Part shown: positions 13,048-26,812 of the stretch, in pieces | How the letters are laid out: each line of letters begins with the position of its first letter | Position numbering within the stretch: the stretch's first letter is position 1 | Source of the DNA: Mobula hypostoma | Taxonomy: Eukaryota | Assembly: GCF_963921235.1 (NCBI RefSeq) | Contig: NC_086108.1 | Location: 79,238,001-79,302,000 of the forward strand | Reading direction: 5' to 3' | DNA: 64,000 nt | Position numbers and translations under genes: made by a program | Notes under the pieces: generated by a model | Databases searched by the model: none | Told to the model about the DNA's origin: nothing | What the model saw: only the letters and a program-made list of their open reading frames with translations

Positions 13048-13324
13048 GGTTAAGCAGCATCTTTGCGTAGACCTTTCAAGTTGATGACCCTTAATCAAAA
13101 GTACATTCTTTTCTTTCCAAATCCACTTTGTGGTCAGGAAATTCCATCTTGTGTGCATATGTACGTACAAGAGCAACCTCTTCTGCTTGCCTCCTGCCCA
13201 AGCACTCTATCAACATCATCCATTAAATATTGAGTTTAAGAATGTTACGAGGTTTGTATGTCATTTCAGAACACAGCTCAACAGTATCTTTTCAAGTGCA
13301 TTTTATGGATAGTCTTCAAATACT

Positions 13325-14700
13325 AGCCTCTACTTTCTGAGGAGCCTGAAGAGAGCTGGACATTGCACATCACGTCATTCTACAGATGCACAGCTGGTAG
13401 CATCACTGCTTGGTATGGAAACTGCACTGCGATGGACAGGAAGGCTCTACAATGCCCACGCATCAAATTACTTTGAACCCTTCTGTATATATGCTCTTGA
13501 TGGCTGGACAGCCTACCAGCCATCAATGACCTATATACAGAAGGGTTCAAAGTAAGTTTATTATTAAAGTATGTACAGTATATGTCACCATATATAACTC
13601 TGAGATATGTTTTCTCGTGGGCTGATGTTCTCAATGGTGGGTAGGGTTTTACCCATGAAGGACTGGGCCATATCCACTACTTTTTGTAGGATTTTGCATT
13701 CAAGGGCATTGGTGTTTACATATCAGGCTGTGATGCAACCAGTCAATATACTCTCCACCACACATCAATAAAGGTTTGTCAAAGTTTTAGATGTCATGCT
13801 GAATCTTCACGGATTTCGAAGGAATTCAAGGTGCTGCCGAGCTTTCTTCGTAATGGCGCTTACGTGCTGGCCCAGGACAGATCCTCTGAAATAATAACAC
13901 CAAGGATGATGTGCTTTGAGGCAGGTTACCACGTACTTCTTAGGTACCAGTATAACTGAAGCCTGCTTGAAGCAGGTGGGTACCTCAGACTGCTGAAGCA
14001 ACAGGTTAAAGATATCAGTGTACACTGCAGCCAGCTGATCAGCACAGGTCTTTAGCTCTCAACCAGGCACCTCACCTGGGCCGGATGCTTGCCGTGGGTT
14101 CATCCTCCTGAAGGATGCTCTCACATTGGCCTCAGAGACTGAAATCAGAGGGTGATTGGGGGCTGTGGGAGTTCGTGTAGGTTCCTCCATGTTACGACAG
14201 TCAAAGCTAACATAGGAAGCATTGAGCTCATCTGGGAGTGAAGCCTTGCTGTCACAAATGTTGCTTCGTTTCACTTTGTGAGAAGTAATAGCATTCAAGC
14301 TTTGCCAGAGCTATTGGGCATCCTTCAGTGGTTCAAGTTTGGTTTGGAATTGTCACTTTGCACATGAGATGGCTTATCAGAGATCGTACCTGGACCTCTT
14401 GTATCTTACTTGGTAGCCAGACCTGCATGCCATTGATCTGACGCTCAGCAGGTTGCAAATAGTGATTCATCCCGAGCTTCTGGTTGAAAAGACTCTGAAT
14501 GACTTTGTGGGGATAGGCTCATCTACAACTGTTTGTATGAAGTCCATGACAACCACGGTGTATTCATTCAGATCCCCTAATGAGTCTTCGAACACAGCCC
14601 AGTAGACCGACTCCAAGCGATCCCGTAGCTCCTCCTCTGCTTTCTGACCTTACCTCTGGATCCTTGCTCTTTAGCCTCTGCCTGTATGCAGGTAGGAGGA
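13325..14700 (-). mobile_element. Rex1/Babar-type LINE fragments (mostly minus; plus-strand piece at 13325-13545)
   Basis: SLPDELNASY, RRMNPRQASGP, DIFNLLLQQSEVPTCFK, ITKKARQHL. Confidence 0.75.
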
Positions 14701-15154
14701 GGACAGCCCAGATTTCCTGAAATGCGGGCTAGGCATATATGAATTACAAAACAGGATGATTTACTGAATAACTCCTGTTCAACTGAATAACTTCCGAACA
14801 CATTTCATTTTGACTGACCTTTAGGCAAGATACCGGAGAACAAGGACGCCCATAAAATCATATTCTGCATTATCCAGTGCCTTTAGGGGAAGAAGGGGAA
14901 ATACTTTGAAATAGGCTTAATGCTGACAGAAACAGAGAATTAATTGTACTTTGATATATCTTTAAATCTTACTGTTTCTGTTGCGCCCTTATTTTGAGAT
15001 TATACAGTATATTTTTGTAAGATCACATTTTAAGTACATTATCCAGCAGATTACTGGGACAAAAACAATATAAAAGTATTATGTAGCATGTTAAAGCCTT
15101 TGCTGAAATTAAAATCATAATTCAGCAGGAAACTGTGCAGCAAAAATCCATTAC

Positions 15155-15222
15155 GTGCATTTCACTGGAGTGCATGAGTGAATCGTGGCAAGCGAGCATA
15201 GATGGATTTACGAAGTCAGAAC
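15155..15222 (-). other. candidate internal exon of unidentified gene
   Basis: tattttatgttacag acceptor, GTAATG donor, one open frame (G)SDFVNPSMLACHDSLMHSSEMH; no homology recognised. Confidence 0.3.
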
Positions 15223-16019
15223 CTGTAACATAAAATACACACTGACTGTCAAAACATCAGTTACTGACAGCAGCAGCACATGCGATAATGAGCCGAGGCA
15301 CCTCAGGTTAGCAACAGCAGATGATGAGCACATTTGGCCGGTGTCCTCCAGAGGAGTCAAGTACAACCCAGAAACTGTATTTTTTAATGTCATTGGCATC
15401 ACAATAAGACAGAGGTCAGGATAAGAATGCTTGTAAAAATAGAATGTACTCCTTGGATATTACCAAGGAATATTTCTGTAACACCAAGAGAGCTATGGAA
15501 GAACCCTTGTGGGAAGTGTATTAAATGTGTGGTACAATGTTAGTCATGTCAAGAGCAGGTCCTAAACAAAATACATGAGGAGATGTTATTGTGTGCTAAT
15601 TTGTTAATGAAATACTTTCACTCACACAGGCATATTCCTTTCATAATACTGTCGCTGTACTGCCTTTCCATTCTAAATATGACTTCCTTCTTAAGAGGGT
15701 TGTCAGCCCAGTCCCAGGCACGTTATACAAGTAGCTTGCTGTGGAACCAGGCACACTTACATAGTGACACAGAATGCCCCAGAGTCCTGGAATGTTAGGT
15801 CAATGGAGCTTCCCCTTCACGCACCCCTGTCTCCCTGTTTCTGGTGTTAACAGATCATAACCATCCTCCTTTGTGTTCCAGCAATCTCCCAACAGAGTTG
15901 TATCAAGTAATTACACCCCTGCCCTTCTCAATTCCTCCACCCCGCTTCCTATCATCACCAAATGCAATTTTCTATTAATTATTAAAACACATTGTGCATA
16001 AAATTCCACTTATCAAAGG

Positions 16020-17115
16020 ATCAACTTTATTCGCAAGGTTGTTTATCGTCATTTTTCAGGTTATGAGCGTCAAGGAGAACAAAATCTTTCTTATTCTGTT
16101 CTGATGCAGCATAAAAAAACACAATAAGCATAACAGACCCAATAAAGAAACAAAAATTACACAATAGATATAAATAGAAAATAAATATAAATTTACATGT
16201 ATTAGGAATTTATTGTGATATGTTGCCACAACGTGCAGCGAAACAACATATAAAAATTATAAGAATAAAGAACTTTATTTTAAAAATCTTAAAGGTTAAA
16301 GGACAGCTATGGAGTAAGATGCACATAAAGACATAAGTACCAGCATGTATGTACAATGTAAACAGCATGATAAACAGTGGTTTCAGGTGTTTACAGCGCA
16401 GTGCAGTGCGCTACCTGAAGTAACAGATAGAGGGGGTGGGGTAGCTATCTAGAATGGTTAATCAGATTAACTGCATGGGCGAAGAATCTTCTAAGATGGC
16501 ATGAAGTTTCTATTTCAATAGCCCTATAGAGCTTTCCAGAAGGGAGCTTTTGGAAAAGGCAGTTTGCTAGGTGGGTAGTGTCGTCAATGATTATTCCTGC
16601 ATGCTTCTTTGCCGTGGACAAAGTTCAAAGTAAAATTTATTATCCGAGTACATATGTGTCATCACATACAACCCTGAGATTGTTTTTCCTGCGGGCATAC
16701 TCTGTAAACTAATAGAATAGTAGCTATAACAGGATCAATGAAAGATCAAGTAGAGCATAGAAGACTTCAAACTGTGCTATTGCAAGTATAAACAAATAGC
16801 AATAAATAATGAGAGCATGAAATAACAAGATAAAGTTGTCCTTAAAGTGAGATCATTGGTTTTGGGAACATCTCAATAGATAAGTGTAGTTATCCCCTTT
16901 TGTTCAAGAGCCTGATGGTTAAGGGGTAGTATCTGTTCTTGAACCTGGTTTCCCTTTCCTGAGGTCTACAATCAGTTCTTTGGTCTTGCTCACATTGAGT
17001 GAGAGGTTGTTATGACACCACTCAGCCAAAAATTTTTGGTCTCCCTCCTGTGTGCTGATTCATAGCCACCTTTGATACGACCCACAACAGTGGTGTTATC
17101 AGCAAACTTGATTAT
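16020..17115 (-). mobile_element. nested Rex1/Babar-type LINE 3' fragments
   Basis: KFADNTTVVG near 17080-17108 on minus; two 3' UTRs ending in AATAAA-like signals and ttgaac-type tails. Confidence 0.65.
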
Positions 17116-17589
17116 GGTGTTGGAGTTGTATTTAGGCACACATACTGTGCAAATCTGCAGTTACGGTAAACTGTAGCCAATGATCTTTTCTGCTGACTTG
17201 ACAGTTCACTGTAGGTTTCATATAACATGAGAGGATTCTGCACCAAACCGGACAGTAATGGATGTAAGGATGGCAGTGCAGATTGCACCAGTGTGTTCTG
17301 GGGAAGATGGAATTTTATCAAGTGCCACAGGAAGTGTATCTTCGGCTAATACTTTTTGTTAATGAGGAAGATATCATTGTCGCAGATGAAGTCCTGTGAA
17401 GTATTGATGCCGAGGAACCTGAATATTGAAATAGTGCTAACTTCAGAATTGTCGTTGAATTATTTGCTGTTGTTGATGATTAGTGGGTGGAGAGGAAACA
17501 CATTTCTCCTGAAGTCAATATGAAGTCTATCATTGTTGGCAGGGCCTACAAATGTATTGTTAATAGCATTCTGATTGGTTACATCATGC

Positions 17590-18065
17590 TCTAGTATAGC
17601 AATTTGAATGTGCAAGAATGCAAGAAACTGCAGAGAGTAATGGACTCAAATCAATACATCACAGATATGTTCCTCACCATCATCAGTTGTATCTGCATGA
17701 GGTGCTGCCTCAAGAAGGCAACATCAATCATCAAACATCCCCACCACTGGGCCATGCCAGTTTCTCACAATTACCATTGGGTAGGAAGTACAGAAGCCAG
17801 AAGTCCCGTACAACCAAGTTCAATCACTTCCTTCAGCCATTTGGCTCTTGAACCATCCAATCAAACCTCAAACACTACTGTTTAGCAACACAATGAACAC
17901 TTTGACTACTTTGCACTAAAATGGACTTCAAGTTTCTTTTTGTTATAATTGTGTTTCCTTGGAAAGAACTGGGATAATTTTATTTTTCTTGTGAATGCTG
18001 TTTATATAATGCAATGCACCTGTGATGGTACTGCAAATGAGTTTATTATTGAACTTTTGAACTAT
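17590..18065 (+). mobile_element. Rex1/Babar-type LINE 3' end
   Basis: KKLQRVMDS, CLKKATSIIKHPHH, FSQLPLGRKYRS; (ttgaac)n tail. Confidence 0.75.
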
Positions 18066-18069
18066 TGAA

Positions 18070-20638
18070 CTGGATATTGAACTTTTTGCTGTTGGACTCT
18101 GGCCATATTATTTGCCAAGGGAACTCTCACATGCAGTTGTGGTTGTTGTGTACATCCCTCCCTCTGCCAACCCGACGTCGGCGTGTAACATCATTTACAC
18201 CGTCATAGCCAGATTACAAACCCAGCACCCGAGTGCCCTCATTACCATCTTGGGTGACTTCAACCATGTTACCATGGCTAGAACACTGCCCAACTTCACG
18301 CAGTATGTGAGCTGTACAACCAGAGGGGAGAGGACCCTGGATTTGATATACGCTAACTTTAAGGATGCATACAGCTCCTCTCCCGTCCCCACTTTGGGAA
18401 GGTCAGATCACAACCTGGTGCATCTAAAACCCTGCTACGTGCCTCTGGTGAAGAGTAAACCTGCAACCTCGAGGACAGTGAGGAAATGGTCGGAGGAGGC
18501 TTATGAGGTGCTCCAGGGTTGTTTTGAGGTGACAGACTGGTAGGCATTCTGTGAGCCACATGGAGAGGATATTGATGGGCTCACAGAGTGCATCACTGAT
18601 TACATCAACTTCTGTGTGGACTGCAATGTTCCAGCAAGAACTGTCCTTTGTTATTCAAGTAACAAGCCATGGGTAACAAAGGACATTAAGGACATCCTGA
18701 ACGCTAAAAAGAGGGCGTTTAGAGATGGAAATAGGGAGGAGCTGAGGGCAGTACAGAGGGACCTGAAAGCCAGGATCAGGGAGGCTAAAGACAGGTATAG
18801 GAGGAAGCTTGAGTGGAAACTCCAGCAGAACAACATGAGAGAGGTCTGGAGTGGTTTGAGGACCATCACTGGGTTCGGGCAAACTAGCAACAGAGGAGCT
18901 GAAGGCAGTGTGGACAGGACCAACGAACTTAACCTGTTCTTTAACAGATTTGACATTGTGGCCCCTGCCCATCCCCCACATGAGTCATCTGTTGTCAGCT
19001 CCCAACCAACTCATATTCCACTCTCCCCTCCTACCCCTCCTCACAGTCCCCCACCCTGCTCTCATGACTATACCCGTTCCCCACATGAAACCACCACGGT
19101 GGGCTTCACAGCTGAACAGGTGAGAAGACAGCTGAAATGTCTCAACCCAAGCAAGGCTGCAAGGCCGGATGGTGTCAGTACCAGGGTGCTTAAAGCCTGT
19201 GCCCCTCAGCTATGTGGAGTACTTCACCATGTCTTCAACCTGAGCCTGAGGCTCCAGAGGGTTCCTGTGCTGTGGAAGACGTCCTGCCTCGTCCCTGTGC
19301 CGAAGACGCCGTGCCCCAGCGGCCTGAATGACTACAGAACGGTGGCATTGACCTCCCACATCATGAAGACCCTGGAGAGACTTGTTCTGGAGCTGCTCCG
19401 GCCTATGGTCAGGCCACACTTAGATCCCCTCCAGTTCGCCTACCAGCCCTGACTAGGAGTTGAGGATGCCATCATCTACCTGCTGAACTGTGTCTACACT
19501 CACCTGGACAAGCCAGCGAGCACTGTGAGGGTCATGTTTTTTGACTTCTCCAGTGCATTCAACACCATCCGCCCTGCTCTGCTGGGGGAGAAGCTGACAG
19601 CGATGCAGGTGGATGCTTTCCTGGTGTCATGGATTATTGATTACCTGACTGGCAGACCACAGTACGTGTGCTTGCAACACTGTGTGTCCGACAGAGTGAT
19701 CAGCAGCACTGGGGCTCCACAGGGGACTGTCTTGTCTCCCTTTCTCTTCACCATTTACACCTCGGACTTCAACTGCTGCACAGAGTCTTGTCATCTTCAG
19801 AAGTTTTCTGATGACTCTGCCATAGCTGGATGCATCAGTAAGGGAGATGAGGCTGAGTACAGGGCTACGGTAGGAAACTTTGTCACATGGTGTGAGCAGA
19901 ATTATCTGCAGCTTAATGTGAAAAAGACTAAGGAGCTGGTGGTAGACCTGAGGAGAGCTAAGGCACTGGTAACCCCTGTTTCCATCCAGGGGGTCAGTGT
20001 GGACATGGTGGAGGATTACAAATACCTGGGGATACGAACTGGCAATAAACTGGACTGGTCAAAGAACACTGAGGCTGTCTATAAGAAGGGTCAGAGTCGT
20101 CTCTATTTCCTGAAGAGACTGAGGTCCTTTAACATCTGTCGGACGATGCTGAGGATGTTCTACGAGTCTGTGGTGGCCAGTGCGATCATGTTTGCTGTTG
20201 TGTGCTGGGGCAGCAGGCTAAGGGTAACAGACCCCAACAGAATCAACAAACTCATTCATAAGGCCAGTGATGTTGTGGGGATGGAACTGGACTCTCTGAT
20301 GGTGGTGTCTGAAAAGAGGATGCTGTCCAAGTTGCATGCCATCTTGGACAATGTCTCCCACCCACTACATAATGTACTGGTTGGGCACAGGAGTACATTC
20401 AGCCAGAGACTCATTCCACCGAAATGCAACACAGAGCGTCATAGGAAGTCATTCCTGCCTGTGGCCATCAAACTTTACAACTCCTCCCTTGGAGGGTCAG
20501 ACACCCTGAGCCGATAGGCTGGTCCTGGGCTTATTTCCTGGCATAATTTACGTATTACTATTTAATTATTTATGGTGCAACTGTAACGAAAACCAATTTC
20601 CCCCGGGATCAATAAAGTATGACTATGACGATGACTAT
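18070..20638 (+). mobile_element. Rex1/Babar-clade LINE, 5'-truncated, nearly intact endonuclease and RT
   Basis: One frame broken only by stops at 18541 and 19450; VYIPP, GDFN, SDH, DFSSAFNTI, PQGTVLSP, FSDD; AATAAA and (atgact)n tail. Confidence 0.92.
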
Positions 20639-21311
20639 TTTTCCTTGCATCTGTGCGTATGTGCATTTGTGTTATTGACAATAAATTCAACTTGACTTTG
20701 GCCTGTTGTGGACCCTGTTCCAGATACAGAATGTTGGATTATTCAGAAAAGTTTCCAAGGAAGCAATGGACATTATACCAAGCAAAGGAAGTAATTCCAC
20801 TTCCATTGCATCTCTCCAGACTGTCCTTCTACACACAATCACTTCTTTGCTCTTCTGAAGATTTTACCAACCACTCAACATAACAATTATTCATTTTCTG
20901 CTTGGAGGAGTATGTTTTTGCTGTCATCAGTGTGCCATCACTAACCATACCATGGGAACCTTCCAAGTATGTCAACATGATATAGGAGGTTACACCCTTC
21001 ACAAATGGAAGGCTTTTTAATCATAAAATGCCTCAGAGAGGTATTTGCTGCTGGTGTTCAGCTTGGCTCAGCAGCCTCTTTGACACAAATGTGCACTTAT
21101 AGCCCAGGTGCCAAGAGAGACTTGCTGAAGCAGATCAACAGTTCACTGATCTTTCATAGAAACCGTGCAGAAGTAAAGTGAAAACAATAAGTGCTAAGAC
21201 AACAGGGCCATTAACTAGAACTGTCAAACTAAAGTTAGCACTGATACAGCAGCTCGGCAGTAGTAGCTTAATACTAAATAAATACCGCTTCTTAACAGAA
21301 TCAGTCTGAAC

Positions 21312-23555
21312 CAGTGATTCCCAATGGGGGATGGTTATACACCCATGGGGAAGTTAGGAGGCATAAAAGTCATTGGGAAGGCGTTCAAGATTCCTGGGGG
21401 AGAGCGGGGTCAGTAAGCGGCAAACTAACTCGAGGCATGAGACCTGACGGACCGTGTCAACTCACTGCCGTCATCAACATTCGACAGGCATTCCCAGTTT
21501 GTGTTAATTTTTTATTTTAATTTAGCCCTGCTAATGATGGATAAGTATGTACAGCATGATCTCTATGCGTCTGAAGGTGGGGAAACCTTGAGTTCTAATC
21601 TTGCTGAGAAACAGAAACTACAGAAAGCACGTCAATACAAAGTTACATACCTGGAGTATGGTTTTATTCTGTTCCTGTCAGATCAGCAACACCCCATGTG
21701 ATTTTTTGTAATACTGTATTGTCCAATGAAGCCATGAAACCATTAAGATTGCAGGAACACTTCCATAAAAGACTCCCTGAAAAGGCTACTTATGGCATTA
21801 CGCAGTTCCAGAAGATGAAAGAAGCATTTGAAAAGTGGTTCACACTCGATTCATTTGCCAAAAAAGCTAAAAATGACCTTGATAGTGGTCTCATTGCTTC
21901 ATAGAACATTTCCAAAATGATAATAAAGTGTGGAAAATCTCATACAATTGGTGAAAGATTAATAATTCCTGCTATATCAAAAGTGCTCACCACTGTTCTC
22001 AAAATGGACACACTATTTTAAAATCAATTCCTCTGAGTAATAACTCTGTAGCTCATCATATTGAAGACATTGAGTATCAACTATGCACAGAGCTACAAAA
22101 CAGAATTTGGGTTATAACTGGATGAGCCAACTGTGCGAGACCACAAGGCATATGTATTGTTTATCAAAAATGGAAATGTTTATGAAGAGATTCTCTTTTG
22201 CAAAAAAAGGTAAAAACAAATATTAATGGAGAACCAATCTACGATGAGCTCAAAATGCATATTGAGGATAAAAGTATTCTGATTAGGAACATGATTTCTT
22301 GTGCAACAGATGGAGCATCATATATGACAGGTCACCATTCTAGTTTAGTAGCACTTATGTAAAAAGAAATTCCAAGTCTGCTTGCAATCCATTGTGTAAT
22401 TCCTCATCAACATCTCACAGCCATAAACCTCACCCAGCAACTTTTTTCAAGGATGACTCTCGTAATATCTGTTATCAACAATATTAAATCACATCCATTA
22501 AATAGCACAATATTTCACCAGTTATGCCAAGATAATGATGAAGAATTTGAACGCTTGCTCCTTCGTACTGAGTACATTAACTGTCAAAAGGCTGTTGCTT
22601 AAAATGTTTCTTTGATCTTTTTGACACTGTGGTTGAATTTTTGCTCAAAGTTGATAAAAGTTTAGGAAACAAGATTGAACTTCTGTGTGGAGATGGGTCA
22701 CCCCTAGGCAATCTGGATAACAAATTGAACATTCTAAATATGAAATTGCAGTGTGAGAATTTCAATTTAATCCAGGCAAAAAGTGTAGTGACCACTTTTA
22801 TCAGAAAATAGGGAATAAATAAGCAAAATATTGGGTGAAGAATGTTCTCACAGTTTTCCAGTATGGAAAGTATGGCACTCTCTTTTACAGATGGTGATTT
22901 GCAAGAGTACTGCTTACACCTGCAGTCACTGAAGAAGGATTTTCAGAATCAATTCAGGGACTTGAACGCTCTGGAAATTCTGGACTGAGTATTAACTCAT
23001 TTTTTTGCAAGGTGGGAGAACAGGAAGAGAGCTTGCAAGACGAAATTATAGAAATTCAGAATGATGAAGAAGCAAAATTACTTTTCAAAAATGAAAGCTT
23101 TTGTGGTATGTGGCTACACAGTCATACAAAATTTCTTGATCTTTGGAGAAGAGCCATACTGCTCTTCATTGCATTTCCATCCTCCTACCTTGTTGAAAGA
23201 GGCTTCAGTGCAGTGAACCACATACTCACAAAAAAGAAAAACCGCTTGGACATTACTACGCATGAGGACTTAAGGCTTTTGCTGTCATAGCTTGAATCAG
23301 ATATTTCAGCTCTTGCTAAAACCATCAAGCTCAAGGATCACGTTGATATTGAAGTTGCTGTACAGTGCACAGGTAATGTGTAACTAGGTTTAAAGACAGC
23401 TAAAAAATTTAAAGCAGAATCATTTCAATGATGTTAGCACATGGTAGACATGTTTTTACACTGTGGGGGCACCAGAAAGTATATTGTGCCTAAGAGGGGC
23501 ACTGAAAAGTATGAAGGTGCTTTTTGGAGTGCTTTATGAAGATTGGGAAACACTG
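21312..23555 (+). mobile_element. hAT (Charlie/Buster, ZBED5/ZBED8/FAM200-like) DNA transposon, full length, decayed
   Basis: TIRs CAGTGATTCCCAA / TTGGGAAACACTG; 8-bp flanks gtctgaac / gtctaaat; YLEYGFI, CNTVLSNEAMKP, CATDGA, IHCVI, FPSSYLVERGFS. Confidence 0.9.
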
Positions 23556-23639
23556 GTCTAAATGATAGTCTTCTTTTTCATAACCAGAACAACAGTAAGC
23601 AGGGAGTATAGATGTTGCTTTGCTTTTGATCAAGTGTTT

Positions 23640-24180
23640 GAACATGGAACATAGAGCAATACAGCACAGTACCGGGCCTTCTGCCTATGACATTACACCA
23701 ACCTATATAGACCTACTCCATGGTCAATCTAACCCTTCTTTCCTACACATCCCATAGTCCTCAATTTTTCTGACATCTGTGTACGTATCTAAGCGGCCCT
23801 CAGATATCCCCTGTTTTATCAGCCTCTGCCACCATCCATAGATGTGTGTTCAAACACATAGCATGCTCTTTTTAAAAAAACTACTTTTAACCTCCCTTAA
23901 ACTTTCCTTCACTCACCTTAAATGGGTGTCCTCTGGTATTGACCATAGCCACACTAGGAAAAAGGCAGTCTGTCCGCTTTATCTATGCCTCTCATAATCT
24001 TATATACCTCTATGAAGTAGAATCTCTTCTTTCTCCCCTGCAAAGAGAAAAATGTTAGGTCACTCAAAGTTTCCTCATAAGACGTATTCTGTAATCCTGG
24101 CCGTATCCTCATAAAACCTCTCTGCATCCTCTCTAAAACTTCCACGTTCTTCCTCGAATGAGGTGAACAGTATGTCCACA
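23640..24180 (-). mobile_element. old CR1 LINE 3' end
   Basis: LERMQRGFMR, IEVYKIMRGID; catggaacataga tail. Confidence 0.75.
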
Positions 24181-24181
24181 G

Positions 24182-24245
24182 TATTCATTCATTCATTTAT
24201 TCATTCATTTATTTATTTATTATCTATCTATCTATTTGTTATTTA
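24182..24245. repeat. compound microsatellite (attc)n(attt)n(atct)n
   Basis: direct reading. Confidence 0.75.
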
Positions 24246-26519
24246 TGCATGGTTTGACTTCTGCATTTTGTTTGTCAGTTTTTGTTTGTGTGGAGTTTTT
24301 CATTGATTCTTTTGTATTCTTTGCTTTCCTGTGAATGCCCACAAGAAATTGAAACTCACGATATTATATGGTGACATATACATACATTGATAATAAATTT
24401 ACTTTGAACTTTGAACTTAGCTTTGGAACTCAAGTGGCCGGGACCCCATCACTGAGGACAGGGATGTTCTCCTCCTTTCATTAACTCTTTAACTTGGTTC
24501 TCTGGACTGCCAATATACAGCTCTGCACCACAAGTCAGGCAATTTAAATGTTGTTCCATCGTTGTACATTTATAGTGTATGCTTGTCATCCTGTTTCACA
24601 TAGGATTCTTTGCACTGTTTTGTATATTCTGTATTGGGTGTGGATAACTTTACTCATCACAACTCTGAACTGATTGTACAACCTACAGGCTCACTTTCAT
24701 GGACTTTACAACACATGTTCTCAGTATTAGTTTTTTTTATTTGCAATTTTTCTTCTTTTGCATTGGTTAATTGCCAAACTTTGTTTATGTATGTATTTTA
24801 TTTTGTTTATTTATTTGTCTATAAATGCCTGCTAGAAAATCAATTTTAAGGCAGTATATGGTAATATACACATACTTTGATAATAAAATTTACTTTGACT
24901 TTCTGTTGATTTTGTTTCCTCTTTCTTACCTTGCACAAGACTTCTCTCATGTTTTGAGCTGTCAAATGAACTAAAGAGACTTTAAGCGGGATAGAGTTGC
25001 AGTGAACAGTTAATATAATAACACTCTACGCAAGACACCCCAAAGTCTTATTCATTATGACAATTCCCTTTTCATTATAGGTAATTTTTTTGCCTACGTT
25101 GGGTGTTGCAACAATTTTGTTAACAACTTTCTTTTACTGAGGTAGGGCACTCAGTGGGAACTCCAAGCAGTATAAGTATAAAATACTGTAAACATAATAT
25201 GTAAATTCCTCTTTGCTCAACCTAAACATCAGAAGGCAAATTCAACAAGACTTTGTTCTTCTCTTTCAATCCCTTATTATCATTCACAACAAAATAACTT
25301 AAAATGTAATAATTATTAATGTATTTATGATCCAGGGTTTTATGTTTTCATTTTTATTCAGGGAATTTGAATTTCTGTGTAATATTTCATCCAAAATAAA
25401 ATAAAACATAAGCCTTGCTTTGAATTCTAATCACTTCACACAAAATGAAATGTTTCCAAAGTCATTAGACTTATCACTGGTAATAGGTGCCATTTATTGC
25501 ATTTGATATATTCAGTAATCTCATCCTTCATTATGGACAGTTTCTTCACCTTAAAAGAAGTCTATTCATAGCCACTGTCAGTTGCCAATCCAAGACTCAG
25601 AATTCAAAACTAATTTCCTTGATAAAAGAGTCATTAAGGACAGACAACTCAACCTAGTCATTCTTTCCTCCCCGCTGCACTCCCCTCCTCCCACCTTTCT
25701 CTTTGTGGCTCACTGCACCTACATGAAGACACATTACTTGTGGGGTTTATCAGTGAAGAACAGTCATTTCCCAGAGGCCCTCACAGGAAGGTGCAAGCCC
25801 CAGGGACCTGTTTCATTAGTGTCAATGAATGAAGCATGAGGAAAGGGAGGCCTAATCAGCCTTGAGAGATGAATTTCAGGCCTTTTTCCTCAGCTAACCA
25901 AAGCAGCAAAGTGACAGCTCACTGACAGGGACTTGTATAAATTCCCTTCTATCTTTTTATGTAAGGTATAACTGCATTTCAAGTAAAAACAGTTATTTTG
26001 CTTTTAAATATCATGCAGACAGTAACTTCATTAGTAATAATTTCAAAATTTAGAAAACCATTTGGTGGTTCTTTTTAGCTTTAATTTTCACTATGATCTT
26101 TTATTAGAAAAGCTTCTGTGCTGTGACACTCAAAGCGCTTTTCACCATGGGAAATCACGCACCAGTCATATGCACGTCATTAAACACATTGGCATTATCG
26201 GACCTGAAACGCATGCAGCCACAAAGAAAGGACTGTGATCTGAATTACCTTGGCACTCCATTCATGACAAGATCTTCTATTCGTGTTCAATCAGAATTAC
26301 AAGGGGCTGTTGCCGCAGTGTTGTTAGTGGGAGAGCATTGCAGAGTCAGACCAAAATTACTTGTAAAGCTAGCAATAGCCTCAGTGCAAAGAAAAGCTCC
26401 AAATGTTCTGTATTATTAGTAATCGAAGGATATTTTCACACTAATGTAGCTTCTGTTCTTGACCACAGGAGCAACTTTTGAAATGTACTTTCTTGTGTAT
26501 GTGTGTGTACTTGCTCGTG

Positions 26520-26812
26520 TAGAATCTAAGACCTGAGGACACCCCCTCAGAATAGAGGGGTGTCCTTTTAGAACGGAGATGAGGAGGAATTTCTATAGCA
26601 AGAGAGTGGTGAATCTGTGGAATTCTTTGCCACAGACAAATGTGGAGGCAAAGTCTTAACATATATTTAAGGCAGAGGTTGTTAGATTCTTGATTAGTCA
26701 GGGCATGAAGGGCTACAGGGAGAAGGCATTGGATCAGCCATGATGACATGGCGGAGCAGACTCGATGGGCTAAATGGCCTAATTCTGCTCCTATATCATA
26801 TGGACTTATGGT
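26520..26812 (+). mobile_element. CR1 LINE 3' end
   Basis: FRTEMRRNFYSKRVVNLWNSLP plus 3' UTR ending cttatgga. Confidence 0.85.
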
